Shown here: positions 47,246 through 59,098 of the stretch, piece by piece
How positions within the stretch are numbered: the first letter of the stretch is position 1
Layout of the letters: each line of letters begins with the position of its first letter
Assembly: GCA_041615815.1 (NCBI GenBank)
Contig: JBFJCP010000005.1
Coordinates: forward strand, 1-64,000
Direction: 5' to 3'
DNA from: Gemmatimonadales bacterium
Lineage (GTDB): Bacteria; Gemmatimonadota; Gemmatimonadetes; Gemmatimonadales; GWC2-71-9
Length of the DNA: 64,000 bases
Translations under genes and position numbers: made by a program
Notes under the pieces: generated by a model
The model's database searches: none
What the model was told of the DNA's origin: nothing
What the model saw: the letters and a program-made list of their open reading frames with translations, nothing else

Positions 47246-48553
47246 GTGGGCTATCCACATGAGCCGCATCCCAACGAAACCCTCGTCCTGAGCGAACACT
47301 TCGGCAACGCGGACGCACGATCGTACGATGGCTGGGTCCGACGGGGCGGGTACCACGCCCTCCAACAAGCGCTCGCGATGGAGCCGGCAGAGATCATCGA
47401 TCAGGTGAAGGCCTCCGGGCTGCGTGGGCGTGGTGGCGCGGGCTTCCCGACGGGACTCAAGTGGTCCTTCATGCCGAAGGAGAAGTCGAAGCCCCACTAT
47501 CTCTGCTGCAACGCCGACGAATCAGAGCCGGGGACATTCAAGGATCGAGAGATCATGCGGTGGACACCGCATCAGCTCATCGAGGGATGCGCCATCGCCC
47601 AATACGCCATCCAGGCGGAGATCACGTACATCTATATTCGTGGCGAGTTCACCGAGCCTCTGGCCATCATGCAGGCTGCGCTCGACGAGGCGTATGACCG
47701 GGGCGTGCTCGGCGCCAATGCCATGGGCACTGGCACGCGCATCGACATGTACATCCATCGCGGTGCGGGGGCGTACATCTGCGGAGAGGAAACCGCCCTC
47801 ATGAACTCCATTGAGGGCAAACGGGGGAACCCACGGGTCAAACCACCGTTCCCCGCTGCGTACGGTGTGTTCGGCATGCCCACCACGATCAACAACGTGG
47901 AGACCCTGGCCGCCGTGCCGCATATCCTCAACCGGGGCCCCGAGTGGTACAAACAACTCTCACGCTCGAGTCCGAAGAGCACGGGCACCAAGCTGCTCAG
48001 CGTGTGCGGGCACGTCCGGAAGCCCGGGAACTACGAGTTGGAGATGGGCTTTCCGCTCCGTGAGCTGATTTACGAGCTGTGTGGGGGTATGCGCGACGGG
48101 CGCACGCTCAAGGCGTGCATTCCCGGCGGTTCTTCGGTCCCGATCCTCGACCGGGACGAGTCCGAGGGTTGTTTGTTGGACTACGAGGGAGTGGTGGATG
48201 CCGGGTCGATGCTGGGCTCCGGCGGCGTGATCGTCTTCGACGATAGCGCGGACATGGTCTATCAGATCATGCGTCTGGCGCGGTTCTATGCTCACGAGTC
48301 GTGCGCGCAGTGTACCCAATGCCGGGAGGGGACCGCGTGGACCGTGCGCATCCTGGAGCGGATTCTGGCCGGGGAGGGGGAAATGCGGGATCTGGATCTC
48401 TTGCTCGACCTCGCGGAGCAGATGACCGGCCGCACCATTTGCGTCCTGAGTGATTCCTGCGCTGCCCCCGTCGTGAGCGGTATCAAGAAATTCCGGAGTG
48501 AGTTCGAGGCCTACATCCAGGGCGCCCGGCGCCCGGCGCTGGCGGTCGTGTAG
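47246..48553 (+). CDS. nuoF: NADH-quinone oxidoreductase subunit F
   Basis: GLRGRGGAGFPTG, NADESEPGT, YICGEETAL and ESCAQCTQCREG motifs; GGAGGAG RBS before GTG 47246. Confidence 0.96.
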   Translation: MGYPHEPHPNETLVLSEHFGNADARSYDGWVRRGGYHALQQALAMEPAEIIDQVKASGLRGRGGAGFPTGLKWSFMPKEKSKPHYLCCNADESEPGTFKDREIMRWTPHQLIEGCAIAQYAIQAEITYIYIRGEFTEPLAIMQAALDEAYDRGVLGANAMGTGTRIDMYIHRGAGAYICGEETALMNSIEGKRGNPRVKPPFPAAYGVFGMPTTINNVETLAAVPHILNRGPEWYKQLSRSSPKSTGTKLLSVCGHVRKPGNYELEMGFPLRELIYELCGGMRDGRTLKACIPGGSSVPILDRDESEGCLLDYEGVVDAGSMLGSGGVIVFDDSADMVYQIMRLARFYAHESCAQCTQCREGTAWTVRILERILAGEGEMRDLDLLLDLAEQMTGRTICVLSDSCAAPVVSGIKKFRSEFEAYIQGARRPALAVV

Positions 48554-48556
48554 GAC

Positions 48557-50143
48557 ATGACGCAACCCGACCTCGTGACCCTCACCATCGAAGGCGTCGA
48601 GGTGACGGTTCCCAAGGGAACCACGATCCTCGAAGCGGCCAAGCAGGCCGGCGTGCTGATTCCCCATTACTGCTATCACCCGGGGCTCCCGATCGCCGGC
48701 GTGTGCCGCATGTGTTTGGTGGAAGTCGAGGGCATGCCCAAGCTGCAGATCGGCTGCCAAGCCCTGGTGGCGGACGGACAGGTGGTTCGCGTCTCCTCGC
48801 CGGAGCCGCAGGAGGCGCGGCAGAGTGTGCTGGAGTTCCTTTTGATCAACCATCCGCTCGACTGTCCGATCTGTGACCAGGCCGGCGAGTGCGAGCTGCA
48901 AGACTTCGTCTTCCAAGAGGGCCGGCCGCGGACCCGCTACACGCCAACGTATCCCAAGCGGTATAACCCCGCCGAGGATTTTGGCGGTGACGTCATCTAC
49001 GTTCCCAATCGCTGTATCCTCTGCACCCGATGTGTGCGATTCATGGATCACGTGGCCGAAGATCCGATCCTCAACGTCTCAGAGCGGGGGGATCGGGCGT
49101 TCATCGGCATACACCCCGACCGTGCACTGGATCACGCCTGGGCCGGGAACGTGGTAGATCTGTGTCCGGTGGGATCACTGCTCTCCAAAGACTTCCTGCA
49201 CAAGGCCCGCGCCTGGGAGCTCGATAAGACTGCGAGCATCTGTACCGGTTGCTCACAGGGCTGCAACGTCAATCTCGATTCCCGGAACAACGTGGTGGTA
49301 CGTGTTCGTCCGCGGGCCAACCAAGAGGTCAATCGGTACTTCATCTGTGACCACGGGCGGCTCCACTATCGCTGGATGAACCGGGGAGATCGCATCGAGG
49401 CACCGCTCGTGCGCCAGGGTGGGGAGCTGGTGGCGACGGATTGGGACCACGCGTTGTCGACCACCGGGGCCGCGCTCAACGGTGCTGCCGGAAAAGCCGT
49501 GGCGTTGGTATCGCCTGGTGCATCCTGCGAGGCTCTCTTCCTGGTCAGCCGGGTGCTGCAACAGTTCGAGTGCCGCGGGGCGTTTCGGGTGCCGCGGGTA
49601 AACGGCGAGCAACCGCTACCGGGAGTTCCTGGACTGGCCTTGCGGTCCGAACGGGCACCCAACGTGACCGGCGCAACGCTGCTCGGCTACGAGGACGACT
49701 TCGCCGCGGCACTGGAGGCCATTGCCGATGCCAGCGTCGTCCTGGTGCTCGACGAGTCGCTGGAGGAGGTCTCGCCGGAGCTTCTCGAAGCTCCTGGCAC
49801 GTTCATTTACCTCGGGACGGTCATGCCGGAGGCGGCGCGCGGCGCCCACGTGGTCCTTCCCGTCGCCAACGTCGCGGAGGAAGACGGCACATTCGTGAAT
49901 CGCGACCACCGGGTGCAGCGGTACGTCCAGGCCAAGGCCACACCGGGCATGGCTCGACCGGCCTGGTGGGTGCTGAGCGAGCTCGTGAGTGAGCTCGAGG
50001 GCGGGGACGTGCCTACCGAGGCCGCAGCGGTCTTTGCGCGCCTCGCGACGGAGCACGCGACCTTTGACGGTCTGTCGTATGGCCAGCTCGGCTATCGGGG
50101 GGTGATGCTGGCCGATGCGCGCGCGCCCGAGGTCACCCGATGA
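48557..50143 (+). CDS. nuoG: NADH-quinone oxidoreductase subunit G (short form)
   Basis: CYHPGL..AGVCRMC, HPLDCPICDQAGEC, CILCTRC and CTGCSQGC...CDHGR motifs. Confidence 0.93.
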   Translation: MTQPDLVTLTIEGVEVTVPKGTTILEAAKQAGVLIPHYCYHPGLPIAGVCRMCLVEVEGMPKLQIGCQALVADGQVVRVSSPEPQEARQSVLEFLLINHPLDCPICDQAGECELQDFVFQEGRPRTRYTPTYPKRYNPAEDFGGDVIYVPNRCILCTRCVRFMDHVAEDPILNVSERGDRAFIGIHPDRALDHAWAGNVVDLCPVGSLLSKDFLHKARAWELDKTASICTGCSQGCNVNLDSRNNVVVRVRPRANQEVNRYFICDHGRLHYRWMNRGDRIEAPLVRQGGELVATDWDHALSTTGAALNGAAGKAVALVSPGASCEALFLVSRVLQQFECRGAFRVPRVNGEQPLPGVPGLALRSERAPNVTGATLLGYEDDFAAALEAIADASVVLVLDESLEEVSPELLEAPGTFIYLGTVMPEAARGAHVVLPVANVAEEDGTFVNRDHRVQRYVQAKATPGMARPAWWVLSELVSELEGGDVPTEAAAVFARLATEHATFDGLSYGQLGYRGVMLADARAPEVTR

Positions 50144-51351
50144 CGCCCGAGCTCAAGGGGTTCCTCCTTCTCGCCACGCTCCGCATTCTCGTCATCTTCA
50201 CGGCGCTCAATGTGGGGGTGATGCTCGTGATCTGGGCGGAGCGGCGGGTGAGTGGTCTCATGCAGGATCGCTTGGGTCCTAACCGCGTCGGTCCCGCGGG
50301 CCTCCTGCAATCGGTGGCTGACGGCATCAAGAACTTCATGAAGGAAGAGACCTTTCCGTCGCAGGCGGAGCCGTGGCTGTTCCTGCTTGCGCCCAGCTTG
50401 TCGTTTGTGCCCGCACTGCTGCTCTTCGCCGTGATTCCAGTGGCGGCGCCGTTGCCGGTCTCGTTGGACATTTCGGTCCCGCTCCTGGGCCGTTTCGTGT
50501 ACGATGGGGCCATGCCGATGCTGATCGCCGATCTGCCGATCGGATTCCTCTTGATCCTGGCGATCTCGAGCCTGGGCGTGTACGGGATTGTCCTGGCGGG
50601 TTGGGCGTCGAACAGCAAGTACGCGTTTCTGGGTGGGCTGCGCGCGAGCGCTCAGATGATCAGCTACGAGGTCGCCCTCGGCATGAGTGTGATCGGGGTC
50701 TTGATTCTGGCGGGAAACGTCACGCTCTCGGACGTGGTGGCGGCACAACAGCAATCGGTCTGGTTCGTCATCGCGCTGACCGTGGGGTTCCTCATGTTCA
50801 TGATCTCGGCGTTGGCGGAGACCAATCGCCTCCCCTTCGACTTGCCGGAGGCCGAGGCCGAGTTGATCTCGGGATATCATACCGAGTACAGCTCAATGAA
50901 GTTTTCGTTCTTTTTCATCGCGGAATACGCTGCACTGATCACGATGTCCGCGCTGATCGCCACGTTGTTCTTTGGCGGTTGGGACATTCCATTCACCAGC
51001 TGGGATGAGGGCGAGCCGAGTGTCCTGCGGTCGCTTGCCACGCTGGTGGCGTTCAGCACCAAGACACTGTTTTTCATCTTCACCTATATCTGGATCCGGT
51101 GGACGCTGCCCCGCTTCCGATACGATCAACTCATGTCCCTGGGCTGGAAGTTCATGCTTCCCCTGGCGCTCATCTACATCGTCTTGATCGCCGTGGTGGT
51201 CTGGGTGCTCGACGATGCTGGCGTGGGCTTCGGGGCGACGTATGGACTGATCCTTTTTGCCGTGAACGCCGTGCTCTTGCTGACCCTGATCTGGGGAGTG
51301 GATCGGGGACGGCTGCTTAGCGGCACACGTCCGCGTGCGCGAGAGGCCTGA
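50140..51351 (+). CDS. nuoH: NADH-quinone oxidoreductase subunit H
   Basis: QDRLGPNRVG, AQMISYE, AETNRLPFDLPEAE and PRFRYDQ motifs. Confidence 0.97.
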   Translation: MTPELKGFLLLATLRILVIFTALNVGVMLVIWAERRVSGLMQDRLGPNRVGPAGLLQSVADGIKNFMKEETFPSQAEPWLFLLAPSLSFVPALLLFAVIPVAAPLPVSLDISVPLLGRFVYDGAMPMLIADLPIGFLLILAISSLGVYGIVLAGWASNSKYAFLGGLRASAQMISYEVALGMSVIGVLILAGNVTLSDVVAAQQQSVWFVIALTVGFLMFMISALAETNRLPFDLPEAEAELISGYHTEYSSMKFSFFFIAEYAALITMSALIATLFFGGWDIPFTSWDEGEPSVLRSLATLVAFSTKTLFFIFTYIWIRWTLPRFRYDQLMSLGWKFMLPLALIYIVLIAVVVWVLDDAGVGFGATYGLILFAVNAVLLLTLIWGVDRGRLLSGTRPRAREA

Positions 51352-51857
51352 TGCCGATCGGTGTGAAAGTCGTACAGCGTCCGGGTGCAGAAGTGAACTA
51401 TCTGCGAGCCGCGCTGAAAGGGATGGCGCTGACGTTCCGACATCTGTTCCGTCCCAAGGTGACCATGCAGTATCCGGAGGAGAAGGCGACGCCGGAGTGG
51501 TCCATTTCACCCCGGTGGCGCGGAACGCACCGCATGCTCACCGACGAGCAGGGGCGGGCTAAGTGCGTCGCCTGCGGCCTTTGTCCCCAGATCTGTCCTG
51601 CAAACTGCATCAAGCTCGTGCCCGGCGAGGACGAGGAAGGGCATCGATATCCACTGATCTACGAGATCGACGAGTTCCGCTGCATCTTCTGCGGGTACTG
51701 CCAGGAGGTATGTCCGGAGGAAGCGATCCACGTGGGTGTGCACTACGAAAACTCCGAATACGAGCGCCAGCGCTTCGTCTACGACCTGGAGCGTCTGTGT
51801 GCTCAGACCCATCCGGTGTCGTCGTTGTGGGATCCGGCGGATCCCCAGGGCGAGTGA
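51351..51857 (+). CDS. nuoI: NADH-quinone oxidoreductase subunit I
   Basis: CVACGLCPQICP and CIFCGYCQEVCP ferredoxin motifs. Confidence 0.96.
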   Translation: MPIGVKVVQRPGAEVNYLRAALKGMALTFRHLFRPKVTMQYPEEKATPEWSISPRWRGTHRMLTDEQGRAKCVACGLCPQICPANCIKLVPGEDEEGHRYPLIYEIDEFRCIFCGYCQEVCPEEAIHVGVHYENSEYERQRFVYDLERLCAQTHPVSSLWDPADPQGE

Positions 51858-51858
51858 C

Positions 51859-52374
51859 GTGACGCAGATCGTTTTCTGGGTGTTCGCCGGGGCGGCGATC
51901 GTCTCGGCGTTTCTATGCATTACCCGCCGGAGCCCGGTGGCCAGTGCGCTCTGGTTGGTGAACACCCTTTTTTCCCTGGCGGCGCTCTTCGTGCTGCTGG
52001 AAGCGCACTTCATCGCCGCCATTCAGGTTTTGGTATATGCCGGCGCCATCATGGTCTTGTTCCTCTTTGTGATCATGCTGTTGAATCTCGGTCGCGGCGA
52101 ACCCAGTGACATGGTGGGATGGGTTGGCCGGTTCGTGATGCTCGCGATTGGAGGGTTGCTCGCCGCGGAGTTGTGGGTGGTCACGAGCGTGATTCCCGTG
52201 GATGCCATCCGCCTCCCGGCCGGAACCATCGTGCAGATGACGCAGGAGCAAGGGGCCGTGGGGGTGATCAGCGGACCACTGTTCCGCGACTACCTCGTGC
52301 CGTTCGAAATCACCTCGATCTTGTTACTGGCAGCCATCGTGGGTGCGGTGGTGCTCGCCAAGAGGCGGCTGTAG
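51859..52374 (+). CDS. nuoJ: NADH-quinone oxidoreductase subunit J
   Basis: [19 protein letters not shown] and [10 protein letters not shown] motifs. Confidence 0.96.
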   Translation: MTQIVFWVFAGAAIVSAFLCITRRSPVASALWLVNTLFSLAALFVLLEAHFIAAIQVLVYAGAIMVLFLFVIMLLNLGRGEPSDMVGWVGRFVMLAIGGLLAAELWVVTSVIPVDAIRLPAGTIVQMTQEQGAVGVISGPLFRDYLVPFEITSILLLAAIVGAVVLAKRRL

Positions 52375-52666
52375 TGCTACTCGGTGAATCGCTTGCGGTC
52401 TCGGCCATTCTGTTCAGCCTTGGTGTGGCGGGCGTGCTCCTGCGCCGAAACGCGATCATCATCTTCATGTGCGTCGAGCTGATGCTCAACGCGGTGAATC
52501 TCTCGTTCGTCGCGCTGGCGCAGCAGTTGGGACACAGCGGTCAGGTCATCGTGTTCTTTGTGATGGCCGTGGCCGCTGCGGAAGCGGCGGTGGGACTGGC
52601 CATCATCATCGGCATCTACCGACATAAGCCGACGGTCAACGTCAAACAGATCAACCTCCTGAGAGG

Positions 52667-52670
<4 letters not shown>
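52374..52670 (+). CDS. nuoK: NADH-quinone oxidoreductase subunit K
   Basis: [16 protein letters not shown] and [11 protein letters not shown] motifs. Confidence 0.96.
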
Positions 52671-54643
<1,973 letters not shown>

Positions 54644-54649
54644 CGCGCC

Positions 54650-56176
54650 ATGAACTACGGGGCCTGGGTGCTGGACCTGTTGTTGATCGTCCCACTGGTT
54701 GGTGGGCTGCTCCTGATGTTGCGACCGGCACGCGAGGCCAAAGTCCTGGCACTCATCGTAGCCCTCGTCGAGTTTCTCCTCTCCGCACCCTTGTGGTGGA
54801 TGTTCGACCCTGGGACCGCGGCCATGCAGTTCGAGGCGGTGCATGCGTGGATTCCGAGCTGGGGAATCACGTACCGTGTGGGGGTCGACGGTATCTCACT
54901 GTTCATGGTGTTGCTCACTACGCTCACCATGCCGCTCGCCGTACTCGGCAGCTGGAGTTACATCAAGGACCGCCAACGAGGTTACTACGCGCTGTTGCTG
55001 ATGCTGACCACGGGTATGCTGGGTGTCTTCGTCGCACTCGATCTCTTTGTGTTCTACGTTTTCTGGGAGATCATGCTCATCCCGATGTATTTCATCATCG
55101 GGGTGTGGGGTGGTGCCCGCCGTCTCTACGCCGCGATCAAGTTCTTCGTGTACACGTTCATGGGATCGCTGCTCATGCTGGTAGCGATCCTCTCGTTGTA
55201 TTACCTGGTGGGGCGTGCTACCGGCGTTTACTCGTTCAGCTACGAGCATATTCTCGCCAACGCGAGCGTTGCTGACCGATGGGGATTCTGGTTGTTCGGC
55301 GCCTTCTTTCTCGCGTTCGCGATCAAAGTACCGATGTTCCCCTTTCACACCTGGCTCCCAGATGCACACGTCGAGGCACCCACGGCCGGCTCCGTGATCC
55401 TCGCAGGGATCCTGTTGAAAATGGGGACGTACGGTTTCCTGCGGTTCGCGCTGCCGTTTTTCCCCGAGGTGGCGTTGCATCCAACCATCGTGACCGTCGT
55501 TGTGGGTCTTGCCGTCATCGGGATCATCTATGGCGCACTGGTGGCGATGGTCCAGCCGGACTTCAAGAAACTGATAGCCTATTCGTCCATCAGTCACCTG
55601 GGCTTCGTGATGTTGGGGATCTGGGCGCTGACGCTACAGTCGGTACAGGGCGCCATCATCATCATGATCAATCACGGGATCTCCACCGGCGCGCTCTTCT
55701 TCTTGGCAGGCATGTTGTACGAGCGGCGGCACAGCCGGGCCATTGCGGATTTCGGAGGCATCGCCCGCGTCGTGCCGGCGTTTGCAGCGGTGCTGACCGT
55801 CGTGGCGCTCTCGTCCATCGGGTTGCCCGGCACCAATGGATTCATCGGTGAGTTCCTGGTGTTGCTCGGATCGTTCCCGGAGTATCCTTGGGCCACGGCC
55901 GCCGCCACGACGGGTGTGATCTTCGCCGCCGCCTACCTGCTGTGGGCACTCCAACGCATCATCTACAACAAGTTGGACGATCCCGAGAACGAGCGAATGC
56001 CCGATCTCAGTCGGCGGGAGCTAGCGGTGTTGGCACCGCTGCTGGCGTTGATTCTGTGGGTGGGGCTGTATCCCGCACCGTTTCTGTCGAGAATCGAGGC
56101 GTCGGCCAATGCTCTGATCGAGCAGGTGCGGAACGACGAGCCGCAGATGGTCTTGGTCGAAGAGGAGGGCCGATGA
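54650..56176 (+). CDS. nuoM: NADH-quinone oxidoreductase subunit M
   Basis: FWEIMLIP, KVPMFPFHTWLPDAHVEAP and LPGTNGFIGEF motifs. Confidence 0.97.
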   Translation: MNYGAWVLDLLLIVPLVGGLLLMLRPAREAKVLALIVALVEFLLSAPLWWMFDPGTAAMQFEAVHAWIPSWGITYRVGVDGISLFMVLLTTLTMPLAVLGSWSYIKDRQRGYYALLLMLTTGMLGVFVALDLFVFYVFWEIMLIPMYFIIGVWGGARRLYAAIKFFVYTFMGSLLMLVAILSLYYLVGRATGVYSFSYEHILANASVADRWGFWLFGAFFLAFAIKVPMFPFHTWLPDAHVEAPTAGSVILAGILLKMGTYGFLRFALPFFPEVALHPTIVTVVVGLAVIGIIYGALVAMVQPDFKKLIAYSSISHLGFVMLGIWALTLQSVQGAIIIMINHGISTGALFFLAGMLYERRHSRAIADFGGIARVVPAFAAVLTVVALSSIGLPGTNGFIGEFLVLLGSFPEYPWATAAATTGVIFAAAYLLWALQRIIYNKLDDPENERMPDLSRRELAVLAPLLALILWVGLYPAPFLSRIEASANALIEQVRNDEPQMVLVEEEGR

Positions 56177-57684
56177 CACCCGTCATCGACCTCACCGCAC
56201 CCGGTGGGATCGCCTTGGCCCTCTTGCCAGAGCTGATCCTCACCGGGTGGAGCCTCGTGGTGCTGCTGGCCGTGTCCTGGCGCCACGAGACCGAGGAAGA
56301 TCAACGATTCGTCGGACGGCTCACGCTGCTCGCCCTGGTCACCACGTTGATCGTCGTGTTGTGGTTCTGGATCTCGGGTGTCCGCGCCGAAGGTCTACCT
56401 TCGATGATTGCGCTGGACGGATTCCGATACGCGACCTCGACCATCTTCCTCATCGGCGCCATTGCGGCGGTACTCTTGTCGCTGGGGTATCTCGGGCGTG
56501 AGCAGCTAGTGGTGCCGGAGTATTACGTGCTGGTGCTACTCGCCACGGTGGGGATGATGTTCATGGGTGGGGGCGCCGATCTGATCGTCATCTTTCTTGG
56601 CCTCGAGCTCATGTCGGTTTCCGTGTACGTGCTATCGGGGATCAATCGTCGAAGCGTGTTCGCCGCCGAGGCCGCCCTCAAGTACTTCCTGCTCGGCGCC
56701 TTTGCATCGGGGTTCTTCTTGTACGGCATCGCCCTAATTTACGGCGCGACCGGGACGACGAGTCTGAGCCTCATCTACGTGCAAATCGTGGGGCTCGGCC
56801 TCTCCAGCAACATCATGCTGCTGGTGGGCACCGCCATGCTCATCATCGGATTTGGCTTCAAGGTGGCGGCGGTTCCATTCCATATGTGGACGCCCGATGT
56901 CTATGATGGGGCGCCGACCCCGGTAACCGCCTTCATGGCGGCCGCGGTGAAAGCCGCTGGGTTCGCCGCGCTGATCCGCGTGCTCCTCCAGGCATTGGGG
57001 CCGAGTGACGTGGTCTGGGCCCAAGGCATATGGTGGCTCGCGGTGCTCACCATGCTGGTCGGGAACCTGGTGGCCCTGGCGCAACGGAAGCTGAAGCGTA
57101 TGCTGGCGTACAGCTCCATTGGGCACGCGGGTTATCTGCTCGCTGCCGTGACCGCGGGCACGGAGCTCGGAGCGGCGGCCTTCCTGTATTACGTGTTTGC
57201 GTACACCTTGATGACGGTGGGCGCCTTCGCCATTCTCGCCGCCGCCGGGCGCGATGGTGAACGGGAGGTGACCATCGACGACCTCAGTGGGCTCGCCGCG
57301 CGCCGTCCGTGGATGGCGTTCGGGATGGCCGTCTTTATGCTCTCCCTGCTTGGGTTTCCCGGTACGGCCGGCTTCATCGGGAAGTGGTTCATTCTGTCCG
57401 CGATCATCGATGCAGATTACGTTCTGTTGGCGGTGATCTTGGTCGTGGCAAGCGTTATTTCGGCGGGATACTACCTCCCGGTGATCATGGTCATGTACAT
57501 GAAACCGGCGCGTTCACCAGAGGCCCACGAGGGAACCGCATTGTTCGGCATGGCCAGGTGGGTCGTGGGTGTTGCGGCCGTGTTCCTCCTTGTCTTTGGG
57601 TTCTGGCCCAATCGCGTCATGGACCTCGCGAGAAACGGGAGCGAAGAGCTCGTGCCCCCCGCCGTGATCAGCGCGTCGCAGTAG
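56173..57684 (+). CDS. nuoN: NADH-quinone oxidoreductase subunit N
   Basis: EAALKYFLLG, FKVAAVPFHMWTPDVYDGAP and KRMLAYSSI motifs; start ATG 56173. Confidence 0.96.
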   Translation: MTPVIDLTAPGGIALALLPELILTGWSLVVLLAVSWRHETEEDQRFVGRLTLLALVTTLIVVLWFWISGVRAEGLPSMIALDGFRYATSTIFLIGAIAAVLLSLGYLGREQLVVPEYYVLVLLATVGMMFMGGGADLIVIFLGLELMSVSVYVLSGINRRSVFAAEAALKYFLLGAFASGFFLYGIALIYGATGTTSLSLIYVQIVGLGLSSNIMLLVGTAMLIIGFGFKVAAVPFHMWTPDVYDGAPTPVTAFMAAAVKAAGFAALIRVLLQALGPSDVVWAQGIWWLAVLTMLVGNLVALAQRKLKRMLAYSSIGHAGYLLAAVTAGTELGAAAFLYYVFAYTLMTVGAFAILAAAGRDGEREVTIDDLSGLAARRPWMAFGMAVFMLSLLGFPGTAGFIGKWFILSAIIDADYVLLAVILVVASVISAGYYLPVIMVMYMKPARSPEAHEGTALFGMARWVVGVAAVFLLVFGFWPNRVMDLARNGSEELVPPAVISASQ

Positions 57685-57721
57685 CGCGCCGCGTTCTTTC
57701 CCCCCGCTTCAGGAGGACGTC

Positions 57722-59095
57722 GTGAACGTCCCGCCCGTCATCTTCCGCCAGTACGACATTCGTGGCGTCGTTGGACGCGACATCACTAGTGCGGTTGCGC
57801 ACGCCATTGGTGCTGCTCTCGCGACGCTAGCTGCAACGAAGATCGGGAAGCCGCCCCGACTCGCGGTGGGGCGGGACAACCGACCGTCTGGCTCGGAACT
57901 CGCCCGTGCCGTCTGCGAGGGCATCGCCAGCACCGGCGGCACCGCCATCGACATCGGGATGCTCCCAACACCCGCTCTGTACCTGGCGCTCGCGGAGTTG
58001 GCGGTGGATGGCGGCATCCAAGTGACGGGATCGCACAACCCGCCGGAGTTCAACGGCTTCAAGATGGCGGCGGCGGGCGAAACCATTCACGGAGAGGCGA
58101 TTCAACAACTGCGTCGCCTGATCGAAGACGACGCGACGCACGTGGGCAACGGCGGGATCGCATCCGACGAGACGGTGCTCGAACGGTACGTGAATGCCAT
58201 CGTGCAACGGAATGGCCCACTGGCACGGCCAATTCGCGTCGTCGTGGACTGTGGCAACGGCATCACCAGCGTCGTTGCAGAAGCGGCACTCACGCGCATC
58301 GGAGCAGACGTCATTCCGCTCTATTGCGAGTCGGACGGGACCTTTCCCAACCATCATCCCGATCCGACGGTGCCGGACAATTTGGCAGATCTCGTCGCAG
58401 CGGTCCGCCGCACCGGTGCCCACCTCGGGATTGCCTTCGACGGGGACGGTGATCGCATTGGGGCCGTCGACGAACAGGGTGAGATCATCTTCGGTGATCA
58501 GCTCCTCATTCTGTTTGGCCGGGACCTCGTGGATCGCATGGGGCCGGGTCATCACGTGATCTTCGACGTCAAATGCTCGAATGTGCTCGCGCAGCAGCTG
58601 GAGAAGGCCGGATTGGTCCCCACCATTTGGAAGACCGGCCACTCCCTGATCAAAGCGAAGATGAAAGAGCTTGGCGCGCCGCTCGCAGGCGAAATGAGCG
58701 GCCACATGTTCTTTGGGGGTGACTACTACGGCTTCGACGACGCGCTCTTCGCCGCTGCTCGGCTTCTGGCATACCTCGCCACACGCCAGGGAGGGTTGGG
58801 GACGCAGCTCGCGGACGTCCCCCGGACCGTGGCAACGCCCGAGCTTCGAATCGACTGTGCCGACGACGCCAAGTTCGCCGTCGTGGAAGCAGCCGCACGG
58901 TACTTTGCCGACCGTTATGAGGTCTTGACCCTGGACGGCGTGCGTATCGCGTTCCCCGATGGCTGGGGTCTCCTGCGCGCATCGAATACACAGCCCGTCC
59001 TCGTGCTCCGATTCGAGGCAGGCTCCCGCGAAAACCTCGAGGCGTACCGCGGCGAGGTCGAGGGTTGGCTGCAGGAGCACGGCGTCACGGTGTAA
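57722..59095 (+). CDS. Phosphomannomutase/phosphoglucomutase
   Basis: IFRQYDIRG, TGSHNP, FDGDGDR, GEMSGH and RASNTQP motifs. Confidence 0.95.
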   Translation: MNVPPVIFRQYDIRGVVGRDITSAVAHAIGAALATLAATKIGKPPRLAVGRDNRPSGSELARAVCEGIASTGGTAIDIGMLPTPALYLALAELAVDGGIQVTGSHNPPEFNGFKMAAAGETIHGEAIQQLRRLIEDDATHVGNGGIASDETVLERYVNAIVQRNGPLARPIRVVVDCGNGITSVVAEAALTRIGADVIPLYCESDGTFPNHHPDPTVPDNLADLVAAVRRTGAHLGIAFDGDGDRIGAVDEQGEIIFGDQLLILFGRDLVDRMGPGHHVIFDVKCSNVLAQQLEKAGLVPTIWKTGHSLIKAKMKELGAPLAGEMSGHMFFGGDYYGFDDALFAAARLLAYLATRQGGLGTQLADVPRTVATPELRIDCADDAKFAVVEAAARYFADRYEVLTLDGVRIAFPDGWGLLRASNTQPVLVLRFEAGSRENLEAYRGEVEGWLQEHGVTV

Positions 59096-59098
59096 CGC

